Below, in pieces: positions 37,869 through 46,990 of a DNA stretch of 64,000 nt. A program made the translations under genes and the position numbers. This stretch comes from an uncultured Candidatus Saccharibacteria bacterium. Its GTDB lineage: Bacteria > Patescibacteriota > Minisyncoccia > Phycocordibacterales > UBA9973. The notes under the pieces are model-generated. The model saw only the letters and a list, made by a program, of their open reading frames with translations, made no database searches and had not been told where the DNA came from. Location of the stretch: NCBI GenBank assembly GCA_964544225.1, contig CAZIZK010000002.1, forward strand, positions 141,212 through 205,211. Reading direction: 5' to 3'. Numbering within the stretch: position 1 is the stretch's first letter; each line of letters begins with the position of its first letter.

Positions 37869-38546
37869 TTATATCACAAGTGCTATATGTTCTAAAATCA
37901 TCTTTACCGCAGAGCCTGGTAGTGCCAGGTTGTGGCGTGCTTTCAGTATCTCTTCGTATTTAAATATATTATCTTTTGTTATGCGACCCTCTTTGTCATG
38001 CATCAACTTCTCTAAGTTATCGAGTATCGAAACTGCGTGGTCACGTAGTGGGCCACTGGTTTCGGCGTCTTTATGCATAGCTACTACTTCAGCAATACTT
38101 TTAATACGGTCACCTATATTCTGCTTCAAGAAATTGCGAGCGAAAGTATCTGGGCTCACAAAATCTGTATATATCACATGTGCACGTGAGCGCAATGTAT
38201 TATGCAATACATCCACCTTTGGCAATATGAAGAACATGTATGTGCCTTCGGTCGGCTCTTCGAGCATCTTTAGTAATGCATTCTCGGCTTCGTGGTTAAT
38301 ACCAGTGGCTTTAACTATAAAATATTTATTCTCACCATTGTTGGACCTTTCGGATTGATAACTATTTAACAAAAGAGCCTTTTCTATATTTAATGATTCA
38401 TAATTCTCGATCATCAGATTGCTTGTATTTATTCCACGAGATATTAGGAAGTCTTTTAGATTTTGTTCGGTCTGATCTGCCTCGCCTTCTATCAGATATG
38501 CGTGGTGTAGAGTATGACCTATCTTTTTATCGAAAATATTTATCAT
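37869..38546 (-). CDS. holB: DNA polymerase III delta'-like clamp-loader subunit (short)
   Basis: HAYLIEG (degenerate P-loop position typical of delta'), NALLKMLEEP sensor motif. Only 225 aa. Confidence 0.5.
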   Translation of the reverse strand: MINIFDKKIGHTLHHAYLIEGEADQTEQNLKDFLISRGINTSNLMIENYESLNIEKALLLNSYQSERSNNGENKYFIVKATGINHEAENALLKMLEEPTEGTYMFFILPKVDVLHNTLRSRAHVIYTDFVSPDTFARNFLKQNIGDRIKSIAEVVAMHKDAETSGPLRDHAVSILDNLEKLMHDKEGRITKDNIFKYEEILKARHNLALPGSAVKMILEHIALVI

Positions 38547-38550
38547 TTAT

Positions 38551-39621
38551 TTATTCTATCACGTCTAGTGGAAACAATTCAGCCAACTCGCCTGAATAAT
38601 AAAACTCGTAAGCCAAATCACCAAAATTATAATCCTTACCTGCGACTTGTATAACAGCACCGCCTGACATCGGTTCGGCCTTTGGCTTGGAATAGTAGAA
38701 CCCTAGGTTGTAAAGTGTCGCCAACACATCGGGCCTGTTGTTTATATTGTATCCGGCATTCTGCCATTGTGTCTGTATCTGTCTCATATATAACCCTACA
38801 TATAGATACGAGTAGTATGGGTCCTTTACATTTGTGATGCGACTCATCCTCTCTGCATATTTATCAACACCTTCTCTATAATCTAGAATGTGCTCATATT
38901 GTGGACCAAGGTAGTAAGGTGAATTTATATCTTTTAGATTATCTTCTATTTGTGTTGCGGTCTTTGGCTTTATACCAGCGATACCGTAGGAAATATCTGA
39001 TAGGGATGCTAACAATTTCATCGGCTCGAAATATTGCTTGAAAGATTCCCTTCTATTCCCAAAAAAGCGGAATTGCTCGCCGATAATACCACCGAGCAGT
39101 AACCGGGTAGATATCCCAGCATCCTTTGCAGCTTTGTTTATTGTAGCCTGGTCACGAGTAAACGAATACTTCATGACACCCCACTCGGCAGTGTCGGCCC
39201 ATTGGTATGCAGTATTAGGTAGGTCCACACTCTTTACATTCTTTGTATAACAAGTACGCATTTGTTTATTGAAGTCAGTATTGTTTGCAAATCGTGTGCT
39301 TGCAGTATTGATCATAGACTCTATAGTCTTATCGCTTGCGCCACTTGTCAGACTCTTGTATATTGCCACGCCTGTAGCTGGCGCATAAATATTTAGTACT
39401 TCTATCTGGCAAACATTCTTCATGCTAATATCGTTTTCATTATTTATATTATATATAGAACCGGTAAAGTATGAATTGCGTTGGCTCACTGAACCAGCTA
39501 CATTTAAAAGTCCGAATTTCTGTGCGAAAAATACAAACACAAATACAATACCAATAATGGCAAAAATATAAATAAAAATATTAAATATTTTATTCTTTTT
39601 CAAACTATTGATTATAAACAT
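38551..39621 (-). CDS. hypothetical membrane-anchored protein (356 aa)
   Basis: N-terminal TM (IFNIFIYIFAIIGIVFVFVFFA), extracytoplasmic domain with no motif recognised. Immediately downstream of mreB on the same strand. Confidence 0.5.
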   Translation of the reverse strand: MFIINSLKKNKIFNIFIYIFAIIGIVFVFVFFAQKFGLLNVAGSVSQRNSYFTGSIYNINNENDISMKNVCQIEVLNIYAPATGVAIYKSLTSGASDKTIESMINTASTRFANNTDFNKQMRTCYTKNVKSVDLPNTAYQWADTAEWGVMKYSFTRDQATINKAAKDAGISTRLLLGGIIGEQFRFFGNRRESFKQYFEPMKLLASLSDISYGIAGIKPKTATQIEDNLKDINSPYYLGPQYEHILDYREGVDKYAERMSRITNVKDPYYSYLYVGLYMRQIQTQWQNAGYNINNRPDVLATLYNLGFYYSKPKAEPMSGGAVIQVAGKDYNFGDLAYEFYYSGELAELFPLDVIE

Positions 39622-40634
39622 TACTTTTTCGAGATTATTGTCTTCTTGTATGTGTCTAGGTGGTTGAGTGCCTCACCGGTTCCGTTCACCACACAATATA
39701 GTGCATCATTTGCCAGGCGGGCTTTGACACCAGTCTTCCTATACACCAAGTCGGGCAAGTTACGTAACTGCGATGAACCACCTGTCATGATAATGCCTGA
39801 GTCGATAATATCGGCAGCAAGTTCCGGAGGTGTCTCGGCCAATACATCCTTGATGGCACTTACCATCATGCGTAGTTCCTTGTCGATAGCACGGACTATC
39901 TCGTTTGTAGATATCTGAGCTGTGCGTGGTAGACCTTGCACAAAGTCACGCCCTTTTATAGTCATGGTTAGTTCCTCTTCCAGTGGGACAGCAGCGCCGA
40001 TCTTCATCTTTATTTCCTCGGCTGTCTTATCACCAATAGCTAGGTTGAATGTCTTCTTTATATAGTCTGTTATCGCTGCGTCGATCTTGTCGCCGGCACA
40101 TTTTACAGAAGTCGATGCCACAATACCCCCGAGTGCTATCACAGCTACGTCTGTTGTACCACCACCGATATCTACGATCATGTGGCCGTTTGATTCATGT
40201 ATTGGAATACCTGCACCGATGGCTGCAAGGATTGGCTCCTTCACTACATAAGCGTTCTTTGCACCGGCACGTATAGCAGCCTCTACCACCGCACGACGCT
40301 CGGTAGAAGTAATACCCGCAGGTACAGACACCATCACGTCAGGCTTGAACATGTTCCACTTGCCCAGTGCTTTGTGTATGAAATATTTCAACATTGCTTC
40401 GGTTACGCGGTAGTCAGCTATAACACCGTCCTTCATAGGCCTGTATGCGATGATCGATTCTGGAGTCTTACCTATCATGTCCTTTGCTTCCTTCCCAATA
40501 GCAAGAATACTATTATCCTGTTCAGATACAGCTACCACTGATGGCTCGTTCAGCACTACACCACGGCCCGGGAAATACACCAGCGTGTTGGCTGTGCCTA
40601 AATCGATACCCAATTTTCTAGAAAATATTCCCAT
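39621..40634 (-). CDS. mreB: rod shape-determining protein MreB
   Basis: LGIDLGTANTLVY, DIGGGTTDVAVI, actin-fold motifs. 337 aa. Confidence 0.95.
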   Translation of the reverse strand: MGIFSRKLGIDLGTANTLVYFPGRGVVLNEPSVVAVSEQDNSILAIGKEAKDMIGKTPESIIAYRPMKDGVIADYRVTEAMLKYFIHKALGKWNMFKPDVMVSVPAGITSTERRAVVEAAIRAGAKNAYVVKEPILAAIGAGIPIHESNGHMIVDIGGGTTDVAVIALGGIVASTSVKCAGDKIDAAITDYIKKTFNLAIGDKTAEEIKMKIGAAVPLEEELTMTIKGRDFVQGLPRTAQISTNEIVRAIDKELRMMVSAIKDVLAETPPELAADIIDSGIIMTGGSSQLRNLPDLVYRKTGVKARLANDALYCVVNGTGEALNHLDTYKKTIISKK

Positions 40635-40657
40635 TTGTATGGGTGATTATACCACAA

Positions 40658-40700
40658 TCTCCCAAATAAAAAACCCGCTCTTTTGAAGAGGGGTTTTCCA
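40658..40700 (-). terminator. hairpin + T-run terminating the 40719..41630 gene
   Basis: Minus strand: ggaaaacccctcttcaaaagagcgggtttttt (imperfect 9-bp stem). Confidence 0.5.
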
Positions 40701-40718
40701 AAATTTTAAACTTTAGTT

Positions 40719-41630
40719 TTATTCCAAAGCCCAACCGATAAAAGTTTTACCGGAAAGTTTGTACGAGGACCATATCATGGCAATAAATGTAAGAACAATG
40801 TAAACAATGGATATCATCGCCATACTAGAAGCTATAAATAGCATAGCAAAAACAATGACAACTTCTATAAAATAAAACCAGTCACTGGACCAAAAATTTA
40901 TCACTCTTTTCTTGGGCCAATCTGCAGACAAAGATTTTAACACAAGTATGGCTACTAAATACACACACATGATTATACTCCACCAAATATTCCAACCTAT
41001 TTCATCTGCATATATTGCGCCAAAAATAAATAATACAAAAGATATTACACTCATAAACGTTGAAAAAAAACTATCTCTAGAAACATCATTAGATTCAAGA
41101 TATTTATTAGTATCTGCTTTTTTTCTGTAAAAATGACGCGTACTATAAATTATAGAAATAAAGTAAAAGATAAATCCTAAAAAAATAAAATTTAAATCAT
41201 AATCAATTTCTTTATTTATTTTAGAATAGAAAATACCCTTTTCTTTATCAACAGCTGGCGTCTTTGTAAACATTTCTGTTCTTGAAAATAGTAAGCTGTT
41301 TTTATTTGAAGGTTTTTCAAACTTTCCTACACTGTCTCCAAAAAGTACCAGTGGGGGTCTTACGGAAACTTTCCAATCAAAGATCTGACCCTGGTAATAC
41401 AGATAGGTTAAATCTTCGTTATTGAATTGGGCTAATACTTTAGCCAATTGTGGGTCAGAAATTTTCATTTCCGAAATAGTATGACTGTAGACAGTTTTTA
41501 TTATGTTTACAATCTTGACCTTCATTCCACTCACACTGATCTGTTTAATATTTTCATTTTTTACAGAATCCTGTCCCTGCAGAGTTGCTAATCCTAACAA
41601 AAGGAATAACAAAATGATTAGTTTTCTCAT
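40719..41630 (-). CDS. hypothetical polytopic membrane protein with N-terminal signal peptide (303 aa from ATG at 41630)
   Basis: Signal peptide MRKLIILLFLLLGLATLQG, followed by about 5 TM helices in the C-terminal half. The ORF-track extension to 41672 is a TTG/ATG artefact reading through the promoter-leader repeat. Confidence 0.5.
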   Translation of the reverse strand: MRKLIILLFLLLGLATLQGQDSVKNENIKQISVSGMKVKIVNIIKTVYSHTISEMKISDPQLAKVLAQFNNEDLTYLYYQGQIFDWKVSVRPPLVLFGDSVGKFEKPSNKNSLLFSRTEMFTKTPAVDKEKGIFYSKINKEIDYDLNFIFLGFIFYFISIIYSTRHFYRKKADTNKYLESNDVSRDSFFSTFMSVISFVLFIFGAIYADEIGWNIWWSIIMCVYLVAILVLKSLSADWPKKRVINFWSSDWFYFIEVVIVFAMLFIASSMAMISIVYIVLTFIAMIWSSYKLSGKTFIGWALE

Positions 41631-41648
41631 AGTCGTATTTATTTGTTT

Positions 41649-41682
41649 TTCTTTACAATACAACTTCCACACAAAATGTCAA
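41649..41682 (-). promoter_or_regulatory. promoter-leader module copy 1: TTGACA-16-TATTGT plus a 22-nt leader identical to copy 2
   Basis: Minus strand: TTGACAttttgtgtggaagttgTATTGTaaagaaaaacaaataaatacga(ct)ATG. A 35-bp block (41631-41665) is identical to 42344-42378. Confidence 0.5.
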
Positions 41683-41696
41683 CAAGATAAAACATA

Positions 41697-41775
41697 ACTG
41701 CGTTAGGCCTTGCCTAACGCAGTACAAACACCAAAATAAAAACCCATCATTTCAAGACGGGTTTTTGTGCAATCA
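41697..41775 (-). terminator. two tandem hairpins terminating the 41798..42343 gene
   Basis: ctgcgttagg-cctt-gcctaacgcag (perfect 10-bp stem) and aaaacccatc-atttcaa-gacgggttttt. Confidence 0.55.
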
Positions 41776-41797
41776 CGATAATGTGATTGTAGTATTT

Positions 41798-42343
41798 TTA
41801 CCTAAATGGTTTTGAATCAGACCAGAACGGTATTTTTCGGTTTGCAGACAAAGCTGTACCATAAGACGGGAGGCTACTCCACATAAATGCTATGTCAAAA
41901 CTTTTTGAAAATATCTGCCAAAATCTTATAACATTATTAAGTGTTAATTCCTCTTCCTCGTAAGGTATTTTTACTTTTTTAAGAAAAAGCTTTAGGCTTT
42001 CTTTGCTCTGCTCCAAATCCTCGTATTTATTTTGACTCGAGAACAAAACAAATTCATGATTTATATCTTCAAATATATATAGAGATTTTTCGCTTGAAAC
42101 AGATTTTCCTTTTTCTTTTTCCCAAATCCACCCTTCAAAACTTTTAAAGAATAAAAGTATGTGCTCTAACTCATACCTCAGATTATTACTATTTGGGATA
42201 AGCACAATTTTCCTGTAGTAAGGAGGACGGAATCGACTTACTGTTTGAGGGAGTAGATTCTTTGATATTTCAATCACAAAATTATATCTTTTTACTTGCC
42301 CCTCGGGTAGTAAAATCAAAAAAGGTAATTTATTATTTTCCAT
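41798..42343 (-). CDS. hypothetical protein (181 aa from ATG at 42343)
   Basis: ORF only. Shares an identical promoter-leader with the downstream membrane-protein gene. Confidence 0.45.
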   Translation of the reverse strand: MENNKLPFLILLPEGQVKRYNFVIEISKNLLPQTVSRFRPPYYRKIVLIPNSNNLRYELEHILLFFKSFEGWIWEKEKGKSVSSEKSLYIFEDINHEFVLFSSQNKYEDLEQSKESLKLFLKKVKIPYEEEELTLNNVIRFWQIFSKSFDIAFMWSSLPSYGTALSANRKIPFWSDSKPFR

Positions 42344-42361
42344 AATCGTATTTATTTGTTT

Positions 42362-42395
42362 TTCTTTACAATACAACTTTCAGATTAATTGTCAA
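42362..42395 (-). promoter_or_regulatory. promoter-leader module copy 2: TTGACA-16-TATTGT plus conserved leader
   Basis: Minus strand: TTGACAattaatctgaaagttgTATTGTaaagaaaaacaaataaatacgattATG. Confidence 0.5.
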
Positions 42396-42455
42396 ACCCA
42401 AAGGCTATTCTACTTGCTACTTTCTACTTGCTACTTATTCTGCTACGATGTGTAT

Positions 42456-44420
42456 ATGTATATCGCTACTGTTATCCCTATTTCAAAAAGTGTTCAGAAA
42501 GAACAGCTAACATATTTCACTGCAAAGGAAATCCCCCTTGGCTCTGTTGTTATGGTGCCTGTACGTTCACGTACAGTCGAGGCAATAGTCATCAATCTAG
42601 AAGAAGCAAAGGATCTGAAGAGTGCAGTCAAAGACGCATCCTATCAACTAAAAAAGATCGAGAGTGTCAAAGGTATCGCCCCGTATCGCAAATCTTTCTT
42701 TGAAGCATGCGAACTAATGAAGAACTATAGTGTCAGTACTACAGGCACAGTGATCGATGCATTACTTCCACAAATATTGATAGAGAAGTACGCCGATATA
42801 AAAAAGGTTCCATATATAGAGCCCGATATTGCGAGGAAAGATATAAAGCACGAGAAGCTAATATTCCAAGCACTGACAAAGGACCGCATGTCTTGGTACC
42901 GTACACTGATCCGCGAATCTTTTGCAAAGAAGGAGTCAGTATATATATGTGTACCTACAGAGTATGATATCGATAAATTCTATGCCAATTTTTCAAAAGG
43001 TATCGAACAATATGTTTACAAGTTCCACAGCCATATAGCAAAAAAGAAGTTGGTAGAGGATTACAACAGTGCAGTTACCGAAGTTCACCCAATACTTATA
43101 ATAGGTACAGGCATGTACCTGTCGATACCACGCTATGACATACGCACTATAATAGTCGAACACGAAAGTTCGGAGAGTTACAAACAAATAGGCCGGCCTT
43201 ATATCGACATCCGTAGCTTTGCCGAAGTCTTGGCAGGTTGCGAAAAGATAAAGCTGATATATGGTGACACACTATTGCGCCCAGAGACATTGCACAGGCA
43301 TGACATGGGTGAGTTGGGTGAAGTAGCTTCCCCACTTTTCCGCCTGCCACAAGTCGAGCGACAGATTATTGTCGACATGAAAGACGAAGTCGATGATAAG
43401 GGCCAGCACTCTTTCACTGTACTTTCAGATACGACAAAGAAGATGGTGGCATACGCATTGGAACACAACGAATCAGTATTCCTATTCTCTGTACGTAAAG
43501 GGTTGGCGGGTATTACTGTGTGCCATGATTGCGGACACACATTATTGTGTGAAAATTGTCATACTCCAGTAGTGCTCTATGGTAGCAAGCAAAAGACTGC
43601 CGACAAGGAAGCGACCGACAGGATATTCATGTGCAACAAATGTGGGCACAAAGGTAGCACCCAAGTCAGATGCCCAGACTGCGACAGCTGGAACCTCACA
43701 CCACTTGGTATCGGTACCGACAGAGTTGTCGAAGAGTTGTCGCGCGAGTTCCCCGAAGCCACAATAGTGCAGATAGACAAGGAAACAACTAGCAACGATA
43801 GTGAGATGCAAAAAGCTTGCAACGTTTTCTACAATACAAAAGGTGCAATACTCGTAGGTACCGAGATGGCCTTCTCTTGCATGAAAGAAGAAGTGACTCA
43901 TAGCGCTATTGTGTCACTAGATGGGCTACTATCAATACCTAGCTACAATATAAACCAAAAGATACTGCACTTGATCGAGAAATTGTCTTCAGTAACTATA
44001 CGCAACATGATTATCCAGACTCGTATCCCTGACAATATAGTGCTAAAGCATGTATTGGTAGGTAATGTACTTCCACTATACAGGAGCGACCTAAAAGAGC
44101 GCGAGGACTTCGGCTACCCACCATACAAACGATTGATAAAGATCACCTTTACCGGCACCGCTAGGGAGAACGAGAAGGCCCGCGATTATCTGGAAAAGAT
44201 CTTTACTCAATACGAACCCCAAATATTCTCGGCCTTCGTGTCTCGTGTAAAAGGCCAGTATATTACAAATACTGTAATAAAATTAGACAAGACAATTTGG
44301 CCATTTCCCCCAAAAGAAAATTTATTAAAGGACAATACTAACTATCACGACTTGTATAGCAAGCTCGCCTCCCTACCACCCCAGTTCTCCATCAACGTGG
44401 ACCCAGAGGATCTACTATAG
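42456..44420 (+). CDS. priA: primosomal protein N' (PriA)-like, with degenerate helicase ATPase motifs
   Basis: PriA-type Cys-rich zinc region (CHDCGHTLLCENCHT...FMCNKCGH...RCPDCDS), PriA-like N-terminus (IATVIPISKS). The Walker A position reads QALTKDRMS instead of GxTGSGKT, and the DEEH box reads IIVEHESSESYKQ. Confidence 0.65.
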   Translation: MYIATVIPISKSVQKEQLTYFTAKEIPLGSVVMVPVRSRTVEAIVINLEEAKDLKSAVKDASYQLKKIESVKGIAPYRKSFFEACELMKNYSVSTTGTVIDALLPQILIEKYADIKKVPYIEPDIARKDIKHEKLIFQALTKDRMSWYRTLIRESFAKKESVYICVPTEYDIDKFYANFSKGIEQYVYKFHSHIAKKKLVEDYNSAVTEVHPILIIGTGMYLSIPRYDIRTIIVEHESSESYKQIGRPYIDIRSFAEVLAGCEKIKLIYGDTLLRPETLHRHDMGELGEVASPLFRLPQVERQIIVDMKDEVDDKGQHSFTVLSDTTKKMVAYALEHNESVFLFSVRKGLAGITVCHDCGHTLLCENCHTPVVLYGSKQKTADKEATDRIFMCNKCGHKGSTQVRCPDCDSWNLTPLGIGTDRVVEELSREFPEATIVQIDKETTSNDSEMQKACNVFYNTKGAILVGTEMAFSCMKEEVTHSAIVSLDGLLSIPSYNINQKILHLIEKLSSVTIRNMIIQTRIPDNIVLKHVLVGNVLPLYRSDLKEREDFGYPPYKRLIKITFTGTARENEKARDYLEKIFTQYEPQIFSAFVSRVKGQYITNTVIKLDKTIWPFPPKENLLKDNTNYHDLYSKLASLPPQFSINVDPEDLL

Positions 44421-44427
44421 TTTTATT

Positions 44428-44485
44428 CCCAGATAGGGACTCGGTCCCTATCTGGGAGGTATTAAAATACCTATTTTATTCTTGA
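44428..44485 (+). terminator. priA terminator: hairpin cccagataggga-ctcg-gtccctatctggg followed by a second small hairpin ggtatt-aaaa-tacc and T-rich tail
   Basis: Perfect 12-bp stem. Confidence 0.6.
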
Positions 44486-44648
44486 CTTTTTTATATAAAT
44501 ATGTTATAAACTAAAAGTTCCTAATGTTTGGAAATATAGGGTAAAGAAACATATCCAGAATGGCATGTAGCAAACAAAATCCGTTTTTCTAATTGCGGTA
44601 ATCAGAATATTCCCTTATGGTACTGGGAAGAAAATATGTACAAAAAAA

Positions 44649-45512
44649 ATGTTATTAGTTCTTTTAAAAATCAATGTTGGATCTACGATCCTCTATCTTT
44701 TTGTTGGTGTATTATGCATGTATGTAGGCATTCGTCGTCTACGTAAAGACAAGCGGCAAAACAAAAATCTTTTGTTAAACATGACTAATCCTACTGAGGA
44801 CCTCGCAACAGAATCAACAAGTAGCCTGTCAGATGAAGTCTCTAATGATGAGACTACCCAAACAGAGTCAGTTGAAAAAATTGAGTATGGGCCTGGTGAT
44901 TATCATGTTGACCCAAAAGACAAGAACCTTTTTATGAGTCATCTACAAAATGAACTTACAATGAGGGTTATCTTGAATTCGAGTTCAAAAGATTGGCTAT
45001 CTATCTCATTTTCTTTTCCTCACAATTTTACAAATGACTCCTTGAATCAAATCTTGGGTTCATGTATTGGGGTAAACAAAGTCACTATTGGTGATAAATA
45101 CTCAATAGAAGTAGAAAAGTCTTCTGCTAGAAAATGGCTTGGTTTAGAAGATACAATTTTAAAATTGTTGTTTCGTTATATGTACAACACATATAATTAC
45201 ATACATGAAAAACAAGGAATTAAAGTTGTATTAGACCATAAAAACCGTTGCACTTTCTATTGGAGACTTGAAACTAAAAATCACTTAGATTTTGGCAGAG
45301 CTTTGTATGCGATTCATGGGATTGAACAGGACATTGTTGAATCTTACCCATTGTGTATGAATCATGAAGGTAATTATAATTTTTCTTTAGGTAAAGCTGA
45401 GATGTTTAGCTGGGAAGAATTATTTCCTGAAATTGAAAAGGTAATGCAGCATTATTTTCCTTCAGGTGTAAATCTGACAGGATATGTTCCAACAAAACAA
45501 GTATTAGCATAA
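44649..45512 (+). CDS. hypothetical membrane-anchored protein (287 aa)
   Basis: N-terminal TM (GSTILYLFVGVLCMYVGI), acidic Ser/Thr-rich linker. AT-rich. No motif recognised. Confidence 0.45.
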   Translation: MLLVLLKINVGSTILYLFVGVLCMYVGIRRLRKDKRQNKNLLLNMTNPTEDLATESTSSLSDEVSNDETTQTESVEKIEYGPGDYHVDPKDKNLFMSHLQNELTMRVILNSSSKDWLSISFSFPHNFTNDSLNQILGSCIGVNKVTIGDKYSIEVEKSSARKWLGLEDTILKLLFRYMYNTYNYIHEKQGIKVVLDHKNRCTFYWRLETKNHLDFGRALYAIHGIEQDIVESYPLCMNHEGNYNFSLGKAEMFSWEELFPEIEKVMQHYFPSGVNLTGYVPTKQVLA

Positions 45513-45520
45513 ATTATGCA

Positions 45521-45559
45521 ACAACCCCGTATAAATACAACTTACGGGGTTGTTTTTTA
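45521..45559 (+). terminator. hairpin caaccccgta-N12-tacggggttg + T-run
   Basis: 10-bp perfect stem followed by TTTTTT. Confidence 0.65.
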
Positions 45560-45607
45560 TTACCTGTTTTGTTGTATAATAAGATCAAACAATTAAAAAA
45601 CACTGCT

Positions 45608-46186
45608 ATGAAAAAAGTCTTTATCTTTTTGGGTTGTTTAGTTTACTTTACATTCCCCATTATTAAAAACAAGAGAACTTGGATACCAATAGAAAAGAAA
45701 TCCAAGATCAGTGATCCTAAGCCAGAAAAAAGAAAAAGTTCGGCTTGGTCGAGTAACTCTTTGCACAAATTAGTATTACTGTTTATTTTATTTCTAATGT
45801 TTATGCCTACCAAAGCACAAACGCAAGAAGAAACTTACGCAGAATACATGGCAAAAGAAAGTTATCAAGAAATTGATACAAGTGGTATTGATTCACTAAA
45901 CTGTGATTCTTTCGTAACCAAATTGACTCGTACACAAGTGAAGATTGGATTTACCAGCTCAGTAATTGTTGACCCAAAAGCAATAATTTCAGTAAAAAAT
46001 TCCGATTGGAACATTTTACTACAAAAAGATTCCATTTATTTCGAGTTCTTGTCAGACACAACAGCCATTGTGCTACTTGAAGGAAACTTATTTAAAAGAA
46101 GTGGACATTGGTGGTGTTATTGTACAAAAGATTCTAAGGACTGGTATATAGACCAGATAGGATTACTAAGACAACAGCTAGAATAG
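45608..46186 (+). CDS. hypothetical secreted/membrane protein
   Basis: Start chosen at MKKVFIFLGCLVYFTFPI (signal/TM-like). Second hydrophobic segment LVLLFILFLMFMP. No motif recognised. Confidence 0.45.
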   Translation: MKKVFIFLGCLVYFTFPIIKNKRTWIPIEKKSKISDPKPEKRKSSAWSSNSLHKLVLLFILFLMFMPTKAQTQEETYAEYMAKESYQEIDTSGIDSLNCDSFVTKLTRTQVKIGFTSSVIVDPKAIISVKNSDWNILLQKDSIYFEFLSDTTAIVLLEGNLFKRSGHWWCYCTKDSKDWYIDQIGLLRQQLE

Positions 46187-46208
46187 CTCTAAAATAAAAT
46201 GACATCTA

Positions 46209-46248
46209 GGCTCTGGAGGGTATTTATACCCTTTAGAGCCTATTTTTT
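46209..46248 (+). terminator. 14-bp stem (two G-U pairs) hairpin + T-run
   Basis: ggctctggagggta-tttat-accctttagagcc followed by tatttttt. Confidence 0.55.
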
Positions 46249-46319
46249 ATACCCAATTGCCATATTAGCCATATACCTCTTGCACGAAATGGCTTTATAT
46301 GATATCGTAATTGTTACAT

Positions 46320-46571
46320 ATGGCAAATACAACAGTAGAAGTAAAAAAGAACGCAAACGAAAACAACATGAACCTCATGCGTCGTTTTTCACGCAAGGTG
46401 CAAGAAACTGGCAATATCCAGAAAGTAAAAGGCAAGCGCTACAATGAACGCAAGCTTTCAAAGCTAAAAGTAAAGGAAGCAACTCTAAAGCGTCTAGCAA
46501 AGAGAAAGGTAAATGAGAAGCTTTTCAAACTCGGTAAACTAAACAAGACTTCACGTTTTACAAAGAAATAA
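46320..46571 (+). CDS. rpsU: 30S ribosomal protein S21
   Basis: VEVKKNANENNMNLMRRFSRKVQETGNIQKVKGKRYNERK resembles the S21 core (ALRRFKRSCEKAG...RREFYEKP), with a basic C-terminal tail. Start at MANTTVEV. Confidence 0.7.
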   Translation: MANTTVEVKKNANENNMNLMRRFSRKVQETGNIQKVKGKRYNERKLSKLKVKEATLKRLAKRKVNEKLFKLGKLNKTSRFTKK

Positions 46572-46573
46572 AA

Positions 46574-46960
46574 ATGTCTTTGAAAGAGTCCAACATCGTT
46601 ATAAACAAAACAAAAGGCAAGCTTCCAAGCTTGCCTTTTGTTTCTATTGCAAGATCCATACTTGGCAAGGATTATGATATCTCTGTAGTATTTGTATCGG
46701 GTGCAAAATCAAGAATCATAAACCGTACATATCGTAGCAAGGATTATGCCACCAATGTATTGTCATTCCCTCTTACAAAAAATTCTGGCGAGATCGTAAT
46801 GTGTCCCGATGTTATGAAGAAGGAATACTCCTCTTTCGACATGAATTACAAGAAATTTGTGACTTTTTTATTTATCCACGGTTGTCTACATTTGAAAGGA
46901 ATGGAACATAGTAGTACAATGGAGAAAGAGGAGAAAAAATTTCTAAAGAAATTTTCTTAA
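46574..46960 (+). CDS. ybeY: endoribonuclease YbeY
   Basis: Zinc-binding HxxxHxxGxxH motif: IHGCLHLKGMEH. 128 aa. Confidence 0.8.
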   Translation: MSLKESNIVINKTKGKLPSLPFVSIARSILGKDYDISVVFVSGAKSRIINRTYRSKDYATNVLSFPLTKNSGEIVMCPDVMKKEYSSFDMNYKKFVTFLFIHGCLHLKGMEHSSTMEKEEKKFLKKFS

Positions 46961-46990
46961 TATAATAAACCTCTATAGAATTATTTAATT

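Noticed and set aside
41631-41672. N-terminal extensions MWKLYCKEKQINTTM / MYCKEKQINTIM on the two hypothetical genes at 40719 and 41798
   Set aside because: The shared residues come from translating the duplicated promoter-leader DNA (the second from a TTG). Starts re-set to the downstream ATGs at 41630 and 42343.
46199-46447. 82-aa plus-strand ORF starting inside a terminator hairpin and overlapping the start of rpsU
   Set aside because: Begins within the 46209-46248 stem-loop and overlaps the motif-supported S21 frame. Spurious.
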